64,000 nucleotides of DNA from an uncultured virus (IMG/VR IMGVR_UViG_3300018878_000140) (IMGVR_UViG_3300018878_000140:1-64000), one strand, 5' to 3'; counted from the first letter of the stretch, positions 1 to 10,942 are shown. The notes: generated by a model not told the origin, from the letters alone. Made by a program: numbers and translations.

Positions 1-351
1 ACTATTTATAATGAGATGCGCAATGAAGATATGCCTGCTATTAATCTTGAAGAACGTAATAAGATTACTAAAATTAAGATTGACGTTAATAAAAAGAATG
101 TAGATAAAATCAAAGATACTTATCCAGAAGAACATGCTAAATTAGTTAGACTTCTAAATCATCCAATACTTGGAGCTAAAGTTACAGTTATAGGATTACC
201 ACCTGATGTCGCTGTTCCAGATTGGGTGTTGAGTTTCGTTGACTTTACTACAATTATTAACGATCAGCTTAAGAACTTCCCTCTTGATAGTATTGGGCTT
301 AAGAGATTGAATAATGATTCGGTTAACGTATCTAATATAATTCAATTATAA
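1..351 (+). CDS. 3' end of a gene truncated by the window start; probable C-terminal half of the split family-B DNA polymerase
   Basis: The frame is open from base 1 (TIYNEMRNED...). The C-terminus VPDWVLSFVDFTTIINDQLKNFPLDSIGL resembles the PolB thumb end of phiKZ/AR9-like polymerases. Confidence 0.55.
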   Translation, partial: TIYNEMRNEDMPAINLEERNKITKIKIDVNKKNVDKIKDTYPEEHAKLVRLLNHPILGAKVTVIGLPPDVAVPDWVLSFVDFTTIINDQLKNFPLDSIGLKRLNNDSVNVSNIIQL

Positions 352-352
352 A

Positions 353-378
353 ATAGAGAGGGAGAAATCCCTCTCTAT
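353..378. terminator. Intrinsic terminator hairpin
   Basis: Perfect inverted repeat atagagaggga-gaaa-tccctctctat immediately after the stop codon. Confidence 0.75.
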
Positions 379-401
379 AAATTTATTAAGGAGAAATTAT
401 A

Positions 402-899
402 ATGAAATTAGCAGTAAGTTATTTTTATCAAATTAGATTTTTTAAACCTTATATGATACCTATATCCACTGCAGTATGGGATCCTAAATGGTATCATGCA
501 AATAAAGATCAAAAATATATTTTTAAAGATAAAAATGGAGTTATTAATGGCGTAAGATCCGCCATGCTAATGCCAGGAGAAACATGCAAAGATTTATGTC
601 GTGGTCCTGGAATGTGTTTTTGTAAAACCGGAATAGTTGATCCTAATAATTGTGATTTTCTTAAAGCATATACGAATCAATTAAATAGTATAGATTTTAA
701 TATATTTATGAATAACTTAGAAGAAATGTGTAATAAAGTTAAAAATGTATTAAACTTTTATGAAGAGCCTATTGTCGTGTTCATTGTGCATGAATCATGT
801 GATAATATATGTAGCGAAAGAATTCCAATTATAAATGTATTTAGAAATAAAGGATATGAAATTGATGAATTGAAATATCCTATAAAAGAAAATTATTAA
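402..899 (+). CDS. DUF488-like protein
   Basis: N-terminus MKLAVSYF..IR...PISTAVW.PKW and C-terminal HE..D..CSER pattern; SD aaggag. Confidence 0.45.
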   Translation: MKLAVSYFYQIRFFKPYMIPISTAVWDPKWYHANKDQKYIFKDKNGVINGVRSAMLMPGETCKDLCRGPGMCFCKTGIVDPNNCDFLKAYTNQLNSIDFNIFMNNLEEMCNKVKNVLNFYEEPIVVFIVHESCDNICSERIPIINVFRNKGYEIDELKYPIKENY

Positions 900-914
900 A
901 AGGAGAATATTAAA

Positions 915-1118
915 ATGAGTATTGAAGAAATTATTGAAGCAAGGGTAGAAGAGATTATAGAAAAATATAGAAACGGATTTCAGTTAAATGGAAACGCTAT
1001 GTCTGAACGAGATGAAGTATTTTTAAGAAATGGTATTGCTAATGGTATAGTTATTGCCGGATTAGCATTAACTAATACTAATTGCGATAATATATTAAAT
1101 CCAAATAAAAATAAATAA
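915..1118 (+). CDS. Hypothetical protein (67 aa)
   Basis: ORF with SD aggag, followed by a terminator. Confidence 0.7.
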   Translation: MSIEEIIEARVEEIIEKYRNGFQLNGNAMSERDEVFLRNGIANGIVIAGLALTNTNCDNILNPNKNK

Positions 1119-1126
1119 TTAAATTA

Positions 1127-1154
1127 ATACCATAGGGAGAAATCCCTATGGTAT
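1127..1154 (+). terminator. Intrinsic terminator
   Basis: ataccataggga-gaaa-tccctatggtat followed by a T-run. Confidence 0.8.
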
Positions 1155-1172
1155 TTTTATTTTTTTTAATTA

Positions 1173-1181
1173 TATATTATA
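1173..1181 (+). promoter_or_regulatory. Putative early-type phage promoter motif TATATTATA
   Basis: The same 9-mer lies upstream of minus-strand genes at 34861, 45691, 48200, 56269 and 61301. Confidence 0.5.
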
Positions 1182-1241
1182 ATAGTGATAGTAAATGAGG
1201 TCGATATTGCTATTAATAAAATTTATAGGAGAATAAATATT

Positions 1242-2708
1242 ATGAACTTTAAAAACGCCGAGAATAAACGCAATGCTAAAAAAGAGGCTGAAAAATACGC
1301 CAGAGATATAGCTAACACAGTGTATTGGAATAGAATATTAAATATATTCGATGATTTTTTAATAGATGAAGAGCATATTAATTACTTATATGGATTAAAT
1401 ATTGATACTTTTAATAGATTAACTATGAAGTTTACATTATCCGAATATGTAATTAGAACATTTAAAAATAGTATAGACTGGCAGTGCATTTTAACATATC
1501 AAAAGTTATCTGAAGATTTCATACGAGAAATGAAAGACCACATTGATAACTGGTATTTTGTATCAAGATATCAAAAATTATCTGAAGATTTTATTAGAGA
1601 ATTTCAAGATAAAGTTTGCTGGGATACAATATTTCAATTCCAAGATTTATCAGAGAAATTTATAGAAGAATTTGAAGATAAAATTGATAACTGGTATTTT
1701 GTATCAAGATATCAAAAATTATCAGATAATTTTATTGAAAAATTTCATGACAAAGTCAATTGGGATTATATACTAAAGTATCAAAATGTATCAAAAGTAT
1801 TAGTTAAAAAATATAAAGAAGAATATTATTTTGATTATATTAATATGATTGGAGATATATCTAAAAATGATATAATACAATACCAAGATAAAATTAATTG
1901 GAATTTGCATTATATATATAAAAATATGTCTATAGATCTTATTAGAGAATTTAAAGATAAAATTAATTGGGATTTGGTATGCGAAAATTGTGATCTATCA
2001 ATAGATTTACTTAGAGAATTTAAAGATTATCTTGATTGGACCAGCGTATTATGCAATGTAGATGTATCTTTAGATTTTATTAGAGAATTTAAAGATTATG
2101 TCGACTGGGAATATATGACTTCTGAATTTGAATTGTATGATAGTTTTATCAGAGAATTTAGAAATTATGTCGATTGGGATGATATATCTGGATGCTATAC
2201 TCTTACTGAAGATTTTATTAGAGAATTTCAAGATAAGGTTAATTGGCATTTAATATCGGAATACCAAAAATTATCTGAAGATTTCATTAAAGAATTTCAA
2301 AATAAAATAGATTGGTGTTGTATATCGGAGCATCAGAAGTTATCTGAAGAATTTATAACTAAATTTAAATATAAAGTCGATTGGAAAAAAATATCTCAAT
2401 ATCAGGTATTATCTAAAGATTTTATTATTAAATTTAAAAGTTTTGTGTATTGGGAAAACATTCAAAAATATCAAGATGCATATGAATCCTGTAGTGGTGT
2501 TTATAAAAGATACAAAACAAAATACGAAAAACTTAAACGTCAAAAATCTTGGGATGAGGAATCTTTAGTTTATCGTAATAATGGATGTTCATGTTATAAT
2601 TCCGCATATGGATTAATTGCCGAACGTGATGAAGATTTAGAATCTATTAAATACATATTAAATTCAAACCGCTATAACACATGGGAAAATATATTAAAGG
2701 AGAAATGA
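1242..2708 (+). CDS. Tryptophan-repeat family protein (~23-aa repeats LSEDFIREFQDKVNW..IS.YQK)
   Basis: More than a dozen tandem repeats are visible. Start moved to ATG 1242, which has SD aggag. Confidence 0.85.
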   Translation: MNFKNAENKRNAKKEAEKYARDIANTVYWNRILNIFDDFLIDEEHINYLYGLNIDTFNRLTMKFTLSEYVIRTFKNSIDWQCILTYQKLSEDFIREMKDHIDNWYFVSRYQKLSEDFIREFQDKVCWDTIFQFQDLSEKFIEEFEDKIDNWYFVSRYQKLSDNFIEKFHDKVNWDYILKYQNVSKVLVKKYKEEYYFDYINMIGDISKNDIIQYQDKINWNLHYIYKNMSIDLIREFKDKINWDLVCENCDLSIDLLREFKDYLDWTSVLCNVDVSLDFIREFKDYVDWEYMTSEFELYDSFIREFRNYVDWDDISGCYTLTEDFIREFQDKVNWHLISEYQKLSEDFIKEFQNKIDWCCISEHQKLSEEFITKFKYKVDWKKISQYQVLSKDFIIKFKSFVYWENIQKYQDAYESCSGVYKRYKTKYEKLKRQKSWDEESLVYRNNGCSCYNSAYGLIAERDEDLESIKYILNSNRYNTWENILKEK

Positions 2709-2712
2709 TAAA

Positions 2713-3162
2713 ATGCTAATAGCAAATGATACTGACAGATGGGATTTTGAAAAATCCGAAAAATTTATTAAAGATAATTTACAACAAGGTGATGAAGATG
2801 TAATATATTCACAGGCAGAATATTTAAAAGTGACAGAAGATTTTGCTAGAGAATTTAAAGATAAACTAGAAATAGAATTATTTTGTATCTGCGCCGAGTT
2901 ATCAGAGGATTTCTTACGTGAATTTAAAGATGAATTCGACTGTGTGGATTGGATCAATATATCTTATTTACAAGAACTATCAGAAGATTTTATTCGTGAA
3001 TTTCAAGATAAAGTTAATTGGACCGGCATAACAATGTGTCAGGATATATCTGAAGATTTCATACGTGAATTTCAGGATAAAATAGATTGGGATGCTATGC
3101 CAGTTGATAAATTATCTTATGAATTACTTGATGAATTTGAAGACAAATTTGATTTGGGTTGA
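2713..3162 (+). CDS. Tryptophan-repeat family protein
   Basis: LSEDFIREFQDKVNW repeats; SD aaggag. Confidence 0.85.
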   Translation: MLIANDTDRWDFEKSEKFIKDNLQQGDEDVIYSQAEYLKVTEDFAREFKDKLEIELFCICAELSEDFLREFKDEFDCVDWINISYLQELSEDFIREFQDKVNWTGITMCQDISEDFIREFQDKIDWDAMPVDKLSYELLDEFEDKFDLG

Positions 3163-3176
3163 TTGAGGTTTTATAA

Positions 3177-4088
3177 ATGAAAGAAATAAATATAGAAAAA
3201 TTACAAAGCTTAATTGATGACACATCATATGAAATTATTAATTGGAATTATATGGTGACAAATTATTATTTACCTGAAGATTTATTAAATGCTATTATAA
3301 AAAATACTTCTAAAGGTCTGGACTTAATTAAATCAATACTACAGCATCAAAAACTATCACAAGATTTTATTAAAAAATATATTAATGATTCTAATTATAG
3401 CTATAAAATATCATTAAATAAAAATTTATCTGAAGAACTGATTACTGATCTTGATGATGCTAAAATTAATTGGGATAATTACTTTTCAACCCATAAATTA
3501 TCTGAAGATTTTATTAGGAAATTTAAAGATAAAGTATCTTGGACGACCATAATAAATACCCAGGATTTATCTGAAGATTTTCTTATGGAATTTAAAGATG
3601 AAATTAAATGGCATGATATTATTACAGAAGTATATAAAAATTTACCTAAAAATATTATTGAAAATATTAAGAATAATATAAAATGGGATGATATATTTTA
3701 TTATACACTTACAGAATGGGATGAAATTAAAAAGTGTATGCCAAGTAAGCATGAAGACTTTATTAGAAAATTTCAAGACATGCCATTTAATTGGAAATAT
3801 ATTTTTATATTAGGTAGTTATAGTGGTTTTAATCTATCTAGTAAATTTATTAAAGAATTTCATAGTAAAGTTGGTTGGGCTTTTATAATTCCAAGATATA
3901 AACTAAGAGCAAATTTTATTAGAGAATTTAAAAATGAATTTACATATAGCGATTTAAAATTACTACATCGCTATCAAAAAATGTCATCAGATCTTAAGTA
4001 TGAATTGCATAAAACTATTAAACCACCTGCACCAGAAAACCCTTATGCTCCAAGACCAGCAAAACGAGCAGAAGATACTAATGCATAA
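3177..4088 (+). CDS. Tryptophan-repeat family protein (degenerate)
   Basis: LSEDFIRKFKDKVSW-type repeats. Confidence 0.8.
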   Translation: MKEINIEKLQSLIDDTSYEIINWNYMVTNYYLPEDLLNAIIKNTSKGLDLIKSILQHQKLSQDFIKKYINDSNYSYKISLNKNLSEELITDLDDAKINWDNYFSTHKLSEDFIRKFKDKVSWTTIINTQDLSEDFLMEFKDEIKWHDIITEVYKNLPKNIIENIKNNIKWDDIFYYTLTEWDEIKKCMPSKHEDFIRKFQDMPFNWKYIFILGSYSGFNLSSKFIKEFHSKVGWAFIIPRYKLRANFIREFKNEFTYSDLKLLHRYQKMSSDLKYELHKTIKPPAPENPYAPRPAKRAEDTNA

Positions 4089-4271
4089 TTATGGATGGGC
4101 TGTAATTACAGCCCATCTAATTCCAATAAAGTATTTTATTTTTGCAAAAGGTTTGCCAGTAGGATAACCCTACTGGCAATTTCATCTTAATTATAAAATC
4201 ATTTTATAATTTATTATAAAAGACAAAGAACCTTCTTATACAGTGTATAAAACTTTTTACTTTTACCTTTA

Positions 4272-4817
4272 TTATATTGTCAGTATTTTATTCTCATCAA
4301 ATTGAACTTTTAGGCCTAAAACCATAGCATGATGAGCAATTGCCATCTTTTCAGCAGGAATATTGATATTATCATAGACAGAAATATCAACTCCGTCCTT
4401 TAATCCGGCATAGATTTCATAAAGCTGATCTTTATTATAACCAGCATTTACATACTTGGTTAAATCAAAACCTTCAGCCAATGCAGTAACAGCCCAGTTG
4501 GAAATCACATAAGGAATTTCAGGATTAAAATACGGATGCAACTGTTCTGTGGTTAAACCATGGGAATAACCTGTAAGAAGAATCTGCATCTGAGTTGCAT
4601 TAAGATCAGTATTAAGAAAACCAGTTGTCCAAATTTCTTGATTTTCTTTAGCAGATGTAAATACTGATACTAAAAGTTGCAACTGCTCAGTATCAAAATT
4701 GCTAAGTACTTCTTCAGGTATTGCACAATTAACTATTAGATGTGTCGCATTTTCAATCCATCCTGATGAGTATTTAGGGTTATCCAAGAGTTTCAATTGT
4801 AAATTTTTTTGTTCCAT
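4272..4817 (-). CDS. Hypothetical protein with short helical repeats (Q[ML]..I..G...G.D...Y)
   Basis: 181-aa ORF with SD aaaggag and visible internal repeats. Confidence 0.7.
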   Translation of the reverse strand: MEQKNLQLKLLDNPKYSSGWIENATHLIVNCAIPEEVLSNFDTEQLQLLVSVFTSAKENQEIWTTGFLNTDLNATQMQILLTGYSHGLTTEQLHPYFNPEIPYVISNWAVTALAEGFDLTKYVNAGYNKDQLYEIYAGLKDGVDISVYDNINIPAEKMAIAHHAMVLGLKVQFDENKILTI

Positions 4818-4923
4818 TTTTGATAGTCTCCTTTCAATAGATTTTATTATAAAGTAAAGTTTATTTTATATTTGTAATATTTTTCTTTTTATTTAATTTC
4901 CTCCATTTTGCTTAGGTTGGCGA

Positions 4924-4935
4924 AACATTACAATA
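4924..4935 (+). promoter_or_regulatory. Putative late-type promoter AACA-N6-TA
   Basis: AACA ttacaa TA upstream of the terminase SD; matches the published AR9 nvRNAP promoter consensus. Confidence 0.65.
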
Positions 4936-4962
4936 AAATCTAACAAAAGGAGGTAAAATAAA

Positions 4963-7317
4963 ATGGCTTATAATCAGCCACCTAATATGATGGGTGCAGG
5001 TCCAGCCTACGGTAATATAATGCCAGGTAGAGCTGTGGTAAATCCAGGTCAACCGCCCCCTCAGGCTATGCCTAGAAAAAGACCTCAACAAATAAGAACT
5101 ATATATGCTCAAAAAACTACTAAAAATAAAAGTTTTTTAGATATGCATCATTATCTTAAATCTATTGGAATTAAGAATAATGAGTTCATGTTAACACTTA
5201 TTGATCCAGATCTTGATGGAATAGATCCTCATGATCCTAATTTAAATTCATATTATAAACAAAAAGTATTGCGAGAATGCTTATGTAATTATTGGTATTT
5301 CATCAGAGAAGTAGTAAGAGTTCCTTCATCTGGTAAACCAAGAATGTATAAATTAACTAGAGCCAATCTTGCATTAAACTTTTGTATGTGTTTAAACCTT
5401 AATGTGTTTGAGGAAATTCCTCGTCAGCAAGGTAAGACTGTATCTGTTGCGATTAGATTATTATATATTTATAATTTTGGCACTACAAACTCTAAGATGG
5501 CTTTCTTACATAAGAACATGGACGGTGCTAAGGATAACTTACAGACTCTTAAAGATATTAGAGATACTTTACCTCCATACTTAATTATGAAAGAAAGAAT
5601 GTTACCAGATGGTAAAGTAGATAAGGGTAAGAATAATACTAATGAAATAGTAAACCCATTTAATAATAATGCTATTAAAGCATATGCTTCAGCTACTAAT
5701 AAAGCTAAAGCGGCATCGTTACTTAGAGGTAAGACACTTACACTCATGTGGTATGACGAGTATGGCTTCTTACCATATAATGATGTAATCTACATGAATG
5801 CAGCTCCTGCATTTAAGACAGCTTCTATGATAGCAAAACAAAATGGTGCTCCGCATGGTATTGTTATAACAACAACACCTGGCTTTATGACAACTCCTGA
5901 AGGTCAGGAAGCTTACCATACTAAAGAGATGGCTACTAAATTTAGTGAATCTTGGTATGATAAGACTTATAATGAATTAATTAGTATTATTAATGCAAAT
6001 ACCAAATCAGACTTTATATATATTAAATACACATATCAGCAATTAGGCTGTACTGAAGAATGGTTTAATGATGTATGTAAACTTCTTAAAAACTCATGGC
6101 CGGATATTCGAAGAGAAATCTTGCTTGAATGGGCTACTGGTGTTGAAAACTCACCATTTAAAGAAGAAGATCTTGACACAATCAGCGGTCTTTTACGACA
6201 GCCAATTAGCGAAGTTTACTTACTTGGTAAATATCGCTTTGAAACTTATCTCCAAGCAGATACTAGAACTTACCCTGCATTGATAGGTGTCGACGTATCT
6301 GGCGGTTATAAACAAGATAGCTCAACCATTACTGTAGTAGACTCATTGTCAACCAAAGTACTTGGTTGTATGAACTGTAATTATATTAGTACTCTTGATT
6401 TGGCAAGATGTATTGAGTTTATTGTTAAGAATTGGATGCCTAATGCTATCGTCAATGTAGAACGAAACGGTGGTTTCGGTGCTACTGTTATAGCTAAGCT
6501 TATGAAGATGGGTCTTAAGAGAAATCTTTATTATGAAATAAAAGATATTGTTGTTGAAGAACGACAAGATGGTGTTCATTCATATAAGCAAAAGGTTCGT
6601 ACAAAAGTATATGGACTTACATCTACCAAAGCAATCAGACAACTTCTTATTGATATATTACTTGAACGTGTAGAAAATCATAAAGATAAAATCATATCTC
6701 CAATTATCTATAATGAATTATTAGGTATGGAGATTAAGCGTAATGGTAAGATAGAACACTCTGCTAGCACGCACGATGACCAGGTATTCTCAATGTTAAT
6801 GGCTCTTTATATGTGGTATGAAGGCGTTAATATGGCCGAACGTTTTGGTATGAAAAAGACATCTATTAAAACTGATGATGAGATAGATGAGCAGATTGAT
6901 TACTATAATGATGACACTGTAGAAATTGTAGAACACTTCAATCAACAAGATGAATTACATGAAGAAATAGAAAAAGATCTACAATCTGCAATTGCTGCAG
7001 GCGGTACTAGAATGCAAGACTTTATAGAGCAACGTAGAGCTGAAGAAAAAGCTAAATTCGAAGCTCTTGTTACTACACCTTTGGGTGAAAAAGCATATAG
7101 ACAGACTTATAATATTCCAGATAGTGTTCCATTAAGTAATTATTTTAATGATGCCAATGGATTCACTGTACCTGATTCTGTATTATTAGGATTCTATGCT
7201 GATGGAAATGCTATATTTGATATGACGGAAAGAGTAAGTGTTTCTGTAGCATCTGATGATAATCTTGGAGCTTTAGAAGATGGAGAATATAGATACCAGG
7301 ATCACTTTAATTTCTAA
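4963..7317 (+). CDS. terL: Terminase large subunit
   Basis: Walker A PRQQGKT, Walker B WYDE, coupling motif TTTP, RNase H-like GVDVSGG...DSS and HDDQVFS. Confidence 0.92.
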   Translation: MAYNQPPNMMGAGPAYGNIMPGRAVVNPGQPPPQAMPRKRPQQIRTIYAQKTTKNKSFLDMHHYLKSIGIKNNEFMLTLIDPDLDGIDPHDPNLNSYYKQKVLRECLCNYWYFIREVVRVPSSGKPRMYKLTRANLALNFCMCLNLNVFEEIPRQQGKTVSVAIRLLYIYNFGTTNSKMAFLHKNMDGAKDNLQTLKDIRDTLPPYLIMKERMLPDGKVDKGKNNTNEIVNPFNNNAIKAYASATNKAKAASLLRGKTLTLMWYDEYGFLPYNDVIYMNAAPAFKTASMIAKQNGAPHGIVITTTPGFMTTPEGQEAYHTKEMATKFSESWYDKTYNELISIINANTKSDFIYIKYTYQQLGCTEEWFNDVCKLLKNSWPDIRREILLEWATGVENSPFKEEDLDTISGLLRQPISEVYLLGKYRFETYLQADTRTYPALIGVDVSGGYKQDSSTITVVDSLSTKVLGCMNCNYISTLDLARCIEFIVKNWMPNAIVNVERNGGFGATVIAKLMKMGLKRNLYYEIKDIVVEERQDGVHSYKQKVRTKVYGLTSTKAIRQLLIDILLERVENHKDKIISPIIYNELLGMEIKRNGKIEHSASTHDDQVFSMLMALYMWYEGVNMAERFGMKKTSIKTDDEIDEQIDYYNDDTVEIVEHFNQQDELHEEIEKDLQSAIAAGGTRMQDFIEQRRAEEKAKFEALVTTPLGEKAYRQTYNIPDSVPLSNYFNDANGFTVPDSVLLGFYADGNAIFDMTERVSVSVASDDNLGALEDGEYRYQDHFNF

Positions 7318-7423
7318 TTAAAATACTTTATTAGAGGAGGATAATTCCTCCTCTATTATTTTTTGAATTTTATATAAAAAAGTACAAGTATATAAAATAT
7401 AAATTTAAGGAGGTACCCTTTAT

Positions 7424-8227
7424 ATGAATATGGGAAGTGTTGAGCCATATCGTATTAATAATGAGTATAATATTAGTGAAATTTTAGCTCATTTTGGCTC
7501 TGAATATACAATGCATGCTCTTGAAGATAAGTTAGATCATATAGATTATACTTCATCACTTATCGAACCTAATTTTGTTAGTGCTTATGAAAATAATTTT
7601 AAACTTATGGAAGAAGAATATCCTGGAGATAGTTTAAATATCAGATCAGTGCGAGAAGAAGTATATAGAGATATTATTAATCTTTTATGTAAAAAATTTA
7701 ATTTATCTTTTAATAGTGCAGATGATACAATTGATTTATACACAGCAGCATATTATTTGTATGATTTCTTAGTTTGTAATAGAAATAATATTATGGTTAA
7801 TTTCTTTACAGCATTTATTATAAATAATAAAGATACTCTATATAATATTTTAACACAAGAGGACTTAAAAAAGAATAAAGATAGTTCTTCAGCATACGGA
7901 AAAAGAGTTTATGTTGATCCTAAATATATTGCAATTAGTGCAAACATTCCTAGAATTATAAACTATATTAGCACATTTGATATTCAGCTTAATAATATTT
8001 TCCTAAGCACATATGTAGATTTTAATATAGTGCAATTTCTTGATAATGCATTTGCTGACAATGGTAATTTCTTTAAAGATTATTATTGTAGCGTTGTAAA
8101 TAATATAGAAATGGCACCAATTATTATTATAAATATAAGACTTGCATTACAACGTCTTGTTGGAGATATTAGTGCATCACATATTGATGAGCTTATAACA
8201 TCAGATACAATAGAAGAAAATAAATAA
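7424..8227 (+). CDS. Hypothetical protein, probably virion-associated
   Basis: 267-aa ORF with SD aaggagg and TACA-N6-TA at 7383-7394; lies in the morphogenesis block. Confidence 0.6.
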   Translation: MNMGSVEPYRINNEYNISEILAHFGSEYTMHALEDKLDHIDYTSSLIEPNFVSAYENNFKLMEEEYPGDSLNIRSVREEVYRDIINLLCKKFNLSFNSADDTIDLYTAAYYLYDFLVCNRNNIMVNFFTAFIINNKDTLYNILTQEDLKKNKDSSSAYGKRVYVDPKYIAISANIPRIINYISTFDIQLNNIFLSTYVDFNIVQFLDNAFADNGNFFKDYYCSVVNNIEMAPIIIINIRLALQRLVGDISASHIDELITSDTIEENK

Positions 8228-8250
8228 ATTATTTTAAGGAGAATAATTTT

Positions 8251-9288
8251 ATGAACGAAGAAATTAAAAATGAAGAAGTAAATACAACTCTTACAGATGA
8301 ACAGGTTCACCATATTTATACTGAATTATCTGATGTAGATAAAGAAAGTATGGATAATTTAGCAGCTGCTAAAAAAGAAACAGAGGAAACTGTTTATACA
8401 TCAGAGGATAATACTGAAATAACTGAAGAATTTATATCTGGAGTTACTATATCTGAAGTTGAAGACATTAAAGAAAATGAAGAAGATGTAAAAGATGCTC
8501 TTAGTGGATATGATTTAGATAATGAATCTATGATGCAAATGCTAAATCTTATCAATGATTATAAAGCCGGTAAACAAACTAATTTATATTCTAAATTACC
8601 TGAATCTTTTAAGAAACTTGTTGATAATATGGTAGCAAGTGAAAATGTACCTAAAAATCAAAAAGTAGCAATGAGAAATGAAGCAGCTAAAATACTTATA
8701 GATAGCTTTATTAATGATGCTAAAATGTCAGCCACTATAGATGAATTTTCCGCAGAATTAAACACTGCCATATGTGAAATGAATTCAGAATATGATAAAA
8801 TGATTTCAGATGCAATGGATGAAACATTTAGCAAAATAGAAGAAATCAGAGCAGAAGATCCAGAACAAGCTGAAAAATTGGAATCGATTAAAAATGCATT
8901 TGATAATGCTTTAACATTTGACAAACAGCTTGAATGGATTAAAATGATGCCAGCAAATGCTCTTAAAAAACTAGCAGATAAAGAGTACAGTAATTACGTT
9001 AGACAATTCAACACAAGAGTAAATAACAATACTTTTGGAGTTACAATTCCCGATGTTAGTGAACTTCTTCCTATAATTAAAGCTGCTTTTGATGGTAAAT
9101 ATAGTGGTAATACTATTAAAAAGTTTATATTAGCAATATGCAGAACTTCTGCTAATCCTAATGATCTTGCTGGTACTGCATATAATTATAGAATAGTTTC
9201 TAGTATTTACAGATATAAGTTTACAGCAATAGACGAGAAAGGTGAAATTATCTTTAGGAATATCTCCAAGGTTATTGAAGAAATCTAG
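8251..9288 (+). CDS. Hypothetical acidic helical protein
   Basis: 345-aa ORF with SD aaggag. Confidence 0.7.
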   Translation: MNEEIKNEEVNTTLTDEQVHHIYTELSDVDKESMDNLAAAKKETEETVYTSEDNTEITEEFISGVTISEVEDIKENEEDVKDALSGYDLDNESMMQMLNLINDYKAGKQTNLYSKLPESFKKLVDNMVASENVPKNQKVAMRNEAAKILIDSFINDAKMSATIDEFSAELNTAICEMNSEYDKMISDAMDETFSKIEEIRAEDPEQAEKLESIKNAFDNALTFDKQLEWIKMMPANALKKLADKEYSNYVRQFNTRVNNNTFGVTIPDVSELLPIIKAAFDGKYSGNTIKKFILAICRTSANPNDLAGTAYNYRIVSSIYRYKFTAIDEKGEIIFRNISKVIEEI

Positions 9289-9304
9289 GGAGGTAACTTA
9301 GTAT

Positions 9305-10144
9305 ATGTATAGTCATATTATAAATGGTCATTACATGTTTGGTAATACATTTATTCAACCAGAAATGTATAGATACAATAAAATTCGCCATCATTATATG
9401 GCACCTGCTAAAAGGCCTATGCCGCCATATCCTGATATGGTTAATAGACCAATTCAATGCCCTAATGCAGGTGCAGCTGGATGCTGTTTGGCATATGAGG
9501 ATAATGGTACTAAAGTAGATGCACCATATACAGATTCTAATAAAGACGGTGCTAATAAATGTGCTGATTGTAAAGATTGTCCATTCTCATCAGATGGCAT
9601 CATAAGAGATCCTTTATTAACAAATTTAGTTAATATAGAAACTTCTGTAGTGAAGACTCTTAAAATTACTTTATATGGAACTTCAACAGAACAGGATAAA
9701 ACTATTGAGATGAAAACAGGTGGTCGTTACGCTGTTACATATATAACTGAACATGGCCTTGTAACATCTGTAGGATATCTTGAATTGATTAGCGATAGCG
9801 TTCCAGACGAATGCACTAGATATATTAATACTACTAATGCAGCAGCTGTATCTACAGCTTATATAGGAATGGATTGTTCTACTGAAGGGCATTCTGATAA
9901 AAGAAAGATTTATATATCTACTATAAGATCTATACAAGTTCTTGCTGAAGGTGAAGAGCCGGAAACTCCAGAAGTTAAATCAATGAGAGAAAGACTTCAA
10001 TCATTATTAGATGCTATAGAAAAAGGCGAATTAGTATTCTGTGATGATAATTGCGGTGTTGGAACTGAAGAAATTAAACCATCAGATCCTGAAGACAATT
10101 ATGATGATGGCGATGATGGTTTTGATGTTGAAATTATAGGATAA
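9305..10144 (+). CDS. Hypothetical Cys-rich protein with acidic tail
   Basis: 279-aa ORF with CC and CADCKDCP clusters; SD ggagg. Confidence 0.7.
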   Translation: MYSHIINGHYMFGNTFIQPEMYRYNKIRHHYMAPAKRPMPPYPDMVNRPIQCPNAGAAGCCLAYEDNGTKVDAPYTDSNKDGANKCADCKDCPFSSDGIIRDPLLTNLVNIETSVVKTLKITLYGTSTEQDKTIEMKTGGRYAVTYITEHGLVTSVGYLELISDSVPDECTRYINTTNAAAVSTAYIGMDCSTEGHSDKRKIYISTIRSIQVLAEGEEPETPEVKSMRERLQSLLDAIEKGELVFCDDNCGVGTEEIKPSDPEDNYDDGDDGFDVEIIG

Positions 10145-10147
10145 ATA

Positions 10148-10177
10148 TAACCCATAGGGATCACTCCCTATGGGTTA
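10148..10177. terminator. Intrinsic terminator hairpin
   Basis: taacccataggga-tcac-tccctatgggtta. Confidence 0.75.
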
Positions 10178-10220
10178 AAATTTCGGACTTTAAAATAAAT
10201 ATAAGAGGAGGTGCTATGCC

Positions 10221-10931
10221 ATGGATTTTTTTAAAACTGTTAAAGATAAAGTTATATTTAGCGGAGATGGCGAGTTAATTTACTATGTTCCTGAGAAGTA
10301 TTTTGAAATTAAAGCGGCTGAAGCTGTAGGTGAACGAATTGGCACAATAGGTATATTTACATATGCTGTATTTGATAAAAATGGTAAAAGACTATTATTA
10401 AAACCATTTAATTGCCCTACAATGATAGAATGTATTCCAAATTCTATAACTAAAGAAGCTAATTATACTTTAGAAGGTACAAAAGAACCTAAAGCATACA
10501 GATTACTTCATTTTAAAAATGGCGATGAATTAATTTGTTCCACACAAATACCTGTAGATTTTGCAGTATTGGAAAAGTTTATTAATATATTCAAACGTGG
10601 TAATTTACCAGAGAATATTCCTTATAATCAAATACAAGATTACATACTTAAAAATGCAGAATTATGTAAATTTGATTATAAAGTATCAGCTCAAATTATA
10701 GGTATGGTTATATCTGAAATATACCGTAGTGAAAGTGATCTTAGTAAGCCATTTCGTATTGCTGATACAAATGATATGCTAGCATACAAAGCAATTTCTA
10801 TAGATAAGGTTCCAAAGTACACTTCTGCGTTTACTGCGGTAACCTCTGATAACGCAGATGAAGCTATTGCAGCTGCTATGACATCTAAGACTCATAAGGA
10901 TTCTCCATTAGAGAAGATAGTCATGGTATAG
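10221..10931 (+). CDS. Hypothetical protein
   Basis: 236-aa ORF with SD gaggagg. Confidence 0.7.
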   Translation: MDFFKTVKDKVIFSGDGELIYYVPEKYFEIKAAEAVGERIGTIGIFTYAVFDKNGKRLLLKPFNCPTMIECIPNSITKEANYTLEGTKEPKAYRLLHFKNGDELICSTQIPVDFAVLEKFINIFKRGNLPENIPYNQIQDYILKNAELCKFDYKVSAQIIGMVISEIYRSESDLSKPFRIADTNDMLAYKAISIDKVPKYTSAFTAVTSDNADEAIAAAMTSKTHKDSPLEKIVMV

Positions 10932-10942
10932 CGGCTTTTATA

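Noticed and set aside
718..742. EEMCNKV in the DUF488-like protein (and DQMCRID in 61472-61978) as further tag copies
   Set aside because: They are internal, imperfect matches that may be chance; not counted.
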